Positions 61,809-64,000 of a stretch of 64,000 bases of DNA are shown here, piece after piece. The stretch is from Bacillota bacterium (GTDB lineage: Bacteria; Patescibacteriota; Patescibacteriia; Patescibacteriales; UBA12465): NCBI GenBank assembly GCA_050259635.1, contig JBLNBA010000004.1, positions 139,005 through 203,004 of the forward strand, read 5' to 3'. Positions within the stretch are counted from its first letter, which is position 1. The number at the start of each line of letters is the position of its first letter. Below the pieces are notes generated by a model. The model was not told the DNA's origin, made no database searches, and was given only the letters and a program-made list of their open reading frames with translations. The position numbers and the translations under genes were made by a program.

Positions 61809-62561
61809 TTATTTGATATTATAGCTTACTCCCACTTCGATCACTACTTCATGGCTGCCGCTCGGTACCTGGGCGGACATGTCGCCGCCCGCTCCCTTGT
61901 CACCTCCTCCAATGCCGTAAGAAGCATAAGGGACGGGTTGCTGGACATTCTCCCACCAGCCGGCGATATTCTTGATACTGACTCCCACCGCCGAGGCCAA
62001 AGAGACACTTTTCTCCTGTGCATCCTGCAAAGCCTTGATCCTCGCCTCCTGCTTGAGGTCGTTCATGCGAGTGGAATCGAAGGCGAGATTATTGATCTGA
62101 TTGGCGCCCGCCTTGGAAGCCGCCCCGATCACCCGGTTAAGCCTATCCGGCTTCTCGTCATAACCTCTCACCTTAATTGAAAGCTGCTGATTGGCATTGT
62201 AGCCGGAAACGGTAGAGATATTATCTTTATAATCATACTGAGCGTTGAGGTTATAGTTTTGGGTGCTAATATCCTCATCCGCCACGCCCTCGCCTTTAAC
62301 GGCGCTAATGATGCGATTGACCTTGGCATTGAGCTGGTCCAAGGCCGCGTCCGGCTGGGCCGCCTTGTCTATCTGTACCCCTAAAGTAACGATGGCGATA
62401 TCCGGGTCATAGGCGACCCGTCCCTGCCCGGTAACGGTCACTTGGCGATATTGAGTCGAGACGATGCGATCGCGCAGGATTGCGGTCACGATTATCCCGG
62501 CCAAGAGAACCAGTCCCAAGCCGATGAGTACCAAGCGTCCGCGAGAATTGTTTTCTGCCAT
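61809..62561 (-). CDS. SIMPL (DUF541) domain-containing exported protein
   Basis: 250 aa; N-terminal TM segment, then VTVTGQGRVAYDPDIAIVTLGV...ALQDAQEKSVSLA pattern typical of SIMPL/26-kDa periplasmic proteins. Confidence 0.7.
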   Translation of the reverse strand: MAENNSRGRLVLIGLGLVLLAGIIVTAILRDRIVSTQYRQVTVTGQGRVAYDPDIAIVTLGVQIDKAAQPDAALDQLNAKVNRIISAVKGEGVADEDISTQNYNLNAQYDYKDNISTVSGYNANQQLSIKVRGYDEKPDRLNRVIGAASKAGANQINNLAFDSTRMNDLKQEARIKALQDAQEKSVSLASAVGVSIKNIAGWWENVQQPVPYASYGIGGGDKGAGGDMSAQVPSGSHEVVIEVGVSYNIK

Positions 62562-62587
62562 ATTATTATGGTTAATTATTAAATATC

Positions 62588-63322
62588 TTATTTAGAAAGA
62601 TAACGCAGCCGCTCATCCTGGGGAAAACGTTCGATCGCGTACCTGAGAGCGGTCCGAGGCAAGCGTCCGGCGAAGCGATCCAAGAAAGACCGCAAAGCCT
62701 GTGCATCCTTCTTTCCTGTTTCTCTCAGCATCCACCCCACCGCCTTATGCATGAGGTCTTCCTTTTCTAGCAGAAGCATCTCGGCTAAGCGGAAGATTTC
62801 CGCATACTGTCCTTCCTTGATCAGAGCCATGGTTGCCACGACGGCCATACGGCGCTCCCAAAGATTTTTGGAAGCGGCGTAACGGTACAGCTTCTCTCTT
62901 TCCTTGGGATTGTGGAGAAGATAATCTCCCCACACCTTATATACCGAGAGATCGACCAAATCCCAATTATTTATGCCCTTCCGATTAGCCAGATAGAAAC
63001 GAACCGTCTCCCTCTTCTCCTGCTCGGTTTCCGCCCGTTCATAACGGCGGACGATGAGCAACAGGCCTAGCAGCCGGGCTTCATGATATTTGCTCTCCAG
63101 AAGCCGGGTAATCACCGGCGGGTCTGCGTTTTCAAAACGTTTGGCCAGCTCGCGCACATATGGGACCGCCAAGCCCAAAAATTGATCCCCTTCACCATAC
63201 TGCCCTGGTCCGGTCTTGAAAAACCGAAGCAGGAATACGCCTCTCTCCTTATCTTCTCCCGAGAGAAGGGCGCTAAGCACTTCCCGGTATGTCCATCTTT
63301 TAAGGGCAAGGGTTCTCTTCAT
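62588..63322 (-). CDS. DNA alkylation repair protein (AlkD-like HEAT-repeat family)
   Basis: Start placed at ATG 63322 (MKRTLAL) to avoid a 56-nt overlap. FLGLAVPYVRELAK, YHEARLLGLL, INNWDLVD and WERRMAVV motifs. Confidence 0.7.
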   Translation of the reverse strand: MKRTLALKRWTYREVLSALLSGEDKERGVFLLRFFKTGPGQYGEGDQFLGLAVPYVRELAKRFENADPPVITRLLESKYHEARLLGLLLIVRRYERAETEQEKRETVRFYLANRKGINNWDLVDLSVYKVWGDYLLHNPKEREKLYRYAASKNLWERRMAVVATMALIKEGQYAEIFRLAEMLLLEKEDLMHKAVGWMLRETGKKDAQALRSFLDRFAGRLPRTALRYAIERFPQDERLRYLSK

Positions 63323-63341
63323 AAAATAACGGTGGATATGT

Positions 63342-63980
63342 TTATTCGGTAACTTCATCCAAGCGGACAGTCCCTCGCCATAGCTCTCGCCCATCACGGG
63401 CGAAGAAACTGAGACGGTTTTTCTCTTCCGAAAGCTCTAACCCGAAAATCCGCTGGTAGGGACGGCTTTCCTTGCCATTCACCACGATCATATCGCCCCG
63501 CGAATCCCTGGCTTTATAAACGAAATAGCGGCTATCGGGGCTGAAAGCTCTGGGCTCGAATATCCAGTCATAATGCTTCCCTTCCACCCCGTTTACCACG
63601 GCGAACTCCTTATTATTTTCCTTGGCGGTATAGGCCAAGTTCCGCCCATCCGGAGAGAAGCCTAAAAAGGTAATACTGTCGTAATACGGGCCCGGTTCTC
63701 CATTAAGTACTACGCGCCGTCCCTCCCCGCCTTTCTCGATATAAGCGAAAGATTCCCCGTCCGATGATGACCGGAGAAGCAGTTCGGGATCATCAGGCAA
63801 GCTAGCGATAGATTTCTCGGTCAGGACGCCGGCGGTCGGCACAGCTAATGTCACGAAATCGCCTTCCGGCAAGGCGGGCAACTTCTTCGACCTGAACGAC
63901 CAGGCATAGAGAAGCAATCCTCCGATTACAACAAGGACCAGCATCGTCAACGTAAGGCGGAGCTGATCTTTCGTGATCAA
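63342..63980 (-). CDS. Membrane-anchored PD40/TolB-like beta-propeller repeat protein
   Basis: 212 aa; N-terminal TM segment; repeated SxDG..FAY / SPDGRNLAY / SPDSRYFVY units. TTG start at 63980, alternative ATG at 63944. Confidence 0.5.
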   Translation of the reverse strand: MITKDQLRLTLTMLVLVVIGGLLLYAWSFRSKKLPALPEGDFVTLAVPTAGVLTEKSIASLPDDPELLLRSSSDGESFAYIEKGGEGRRVVLNGEPGPYYDSITFLGFSPDGRNLAYTAKENNKEFAVVNGVEGKHYDWIFEPRAFSPDSRYFVYKARDSRGDMIVVNGKESRPYQRIFGLELSEEKNRLSFFARDGRELWRGTVRLDEVTE

Positions 63981-64000
63981 GAGCTTTATTTTATGAGGCA

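Noticed and set aside
1-64000. Alternative genetic code (UGA recoding, as in some candidate phyla)
   Set aside because: UGA terminates several well-supported genes (for example the stops at 4973-4975, 15386-15388 and 25641-25643). The conserved proteins read through without in-frame UGA, which is consistent with the standard bacterial code.

Overview
64-kb bacterial chromosomal window with high coding density. I can support about 60 CDS (roughly 50 on the minus strand), 2 tRNAs (Gln-CUG, Leu-CAA) and one RNase P RNA. I saw no rRNA, CRISPR array, transposase or integrase. The backbone is housekeeping: lysS, greA, rpmE, prfA-prmC, rplY, a SEDS rodA/ftsW-type gene, dnaE, parAB, mnmA, dtd, hup, an ECF-like sigma factor, a membrane pyrophosphatase and a class I aldolase. 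It also carries two glycan-assembly clusters (GT2/GT4, Wzx-like flippase, O-antigen-ligase-like proteins, a WbaP-like priming transferase) and DUF192/DUF3048/DUF5667-like proteins. Two giant secreted proteins and many orphan small membrane proteins are present. Start codons lack Shine-Dalgarno motifs, many genes have near-consensus TTGACA-N17-TATAAT promoters, and UGA is used as a stop. From this I infer, but cannot prove, a small-genome Patescibacteria/CPR-like organism using the standard code. The backbone is interrupted by visibly AT-richer accessory patches at ~1390-5500 (next to tRNA-Gln), 25641-26516, ~28530-30700 (next to tRNA-Leu), 49618-51010, ~56440-57460 and ~59000-61750. Main leads: (1) a self-contained HigB/Gp49-like toxin, XRE antitoxin and orphan third gene bracketed by a perfect 36-nt direct repeat; (2) a 26-bp palindromic operator present both in the leader of a small HTH gene and in a divergent promoter 2.2 kb away; (3) the tRNA-Gln-adjacent AT-rich island of orphan enzymes with a repeated palindromic promoter/terminator element; (4) an orphan promoter-to-terminator unit that looks like a ~67-nt sRNA; (5) an unannotated 34-aa membrane peptide gene; (6) a tandem family of 2-TM coiled-coil proteins; (7) an unexplained 570-nt non-coding region upstream of a 1165-aa surface protein gene. 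All family assignments come from motif recognition by eye, not from searches.
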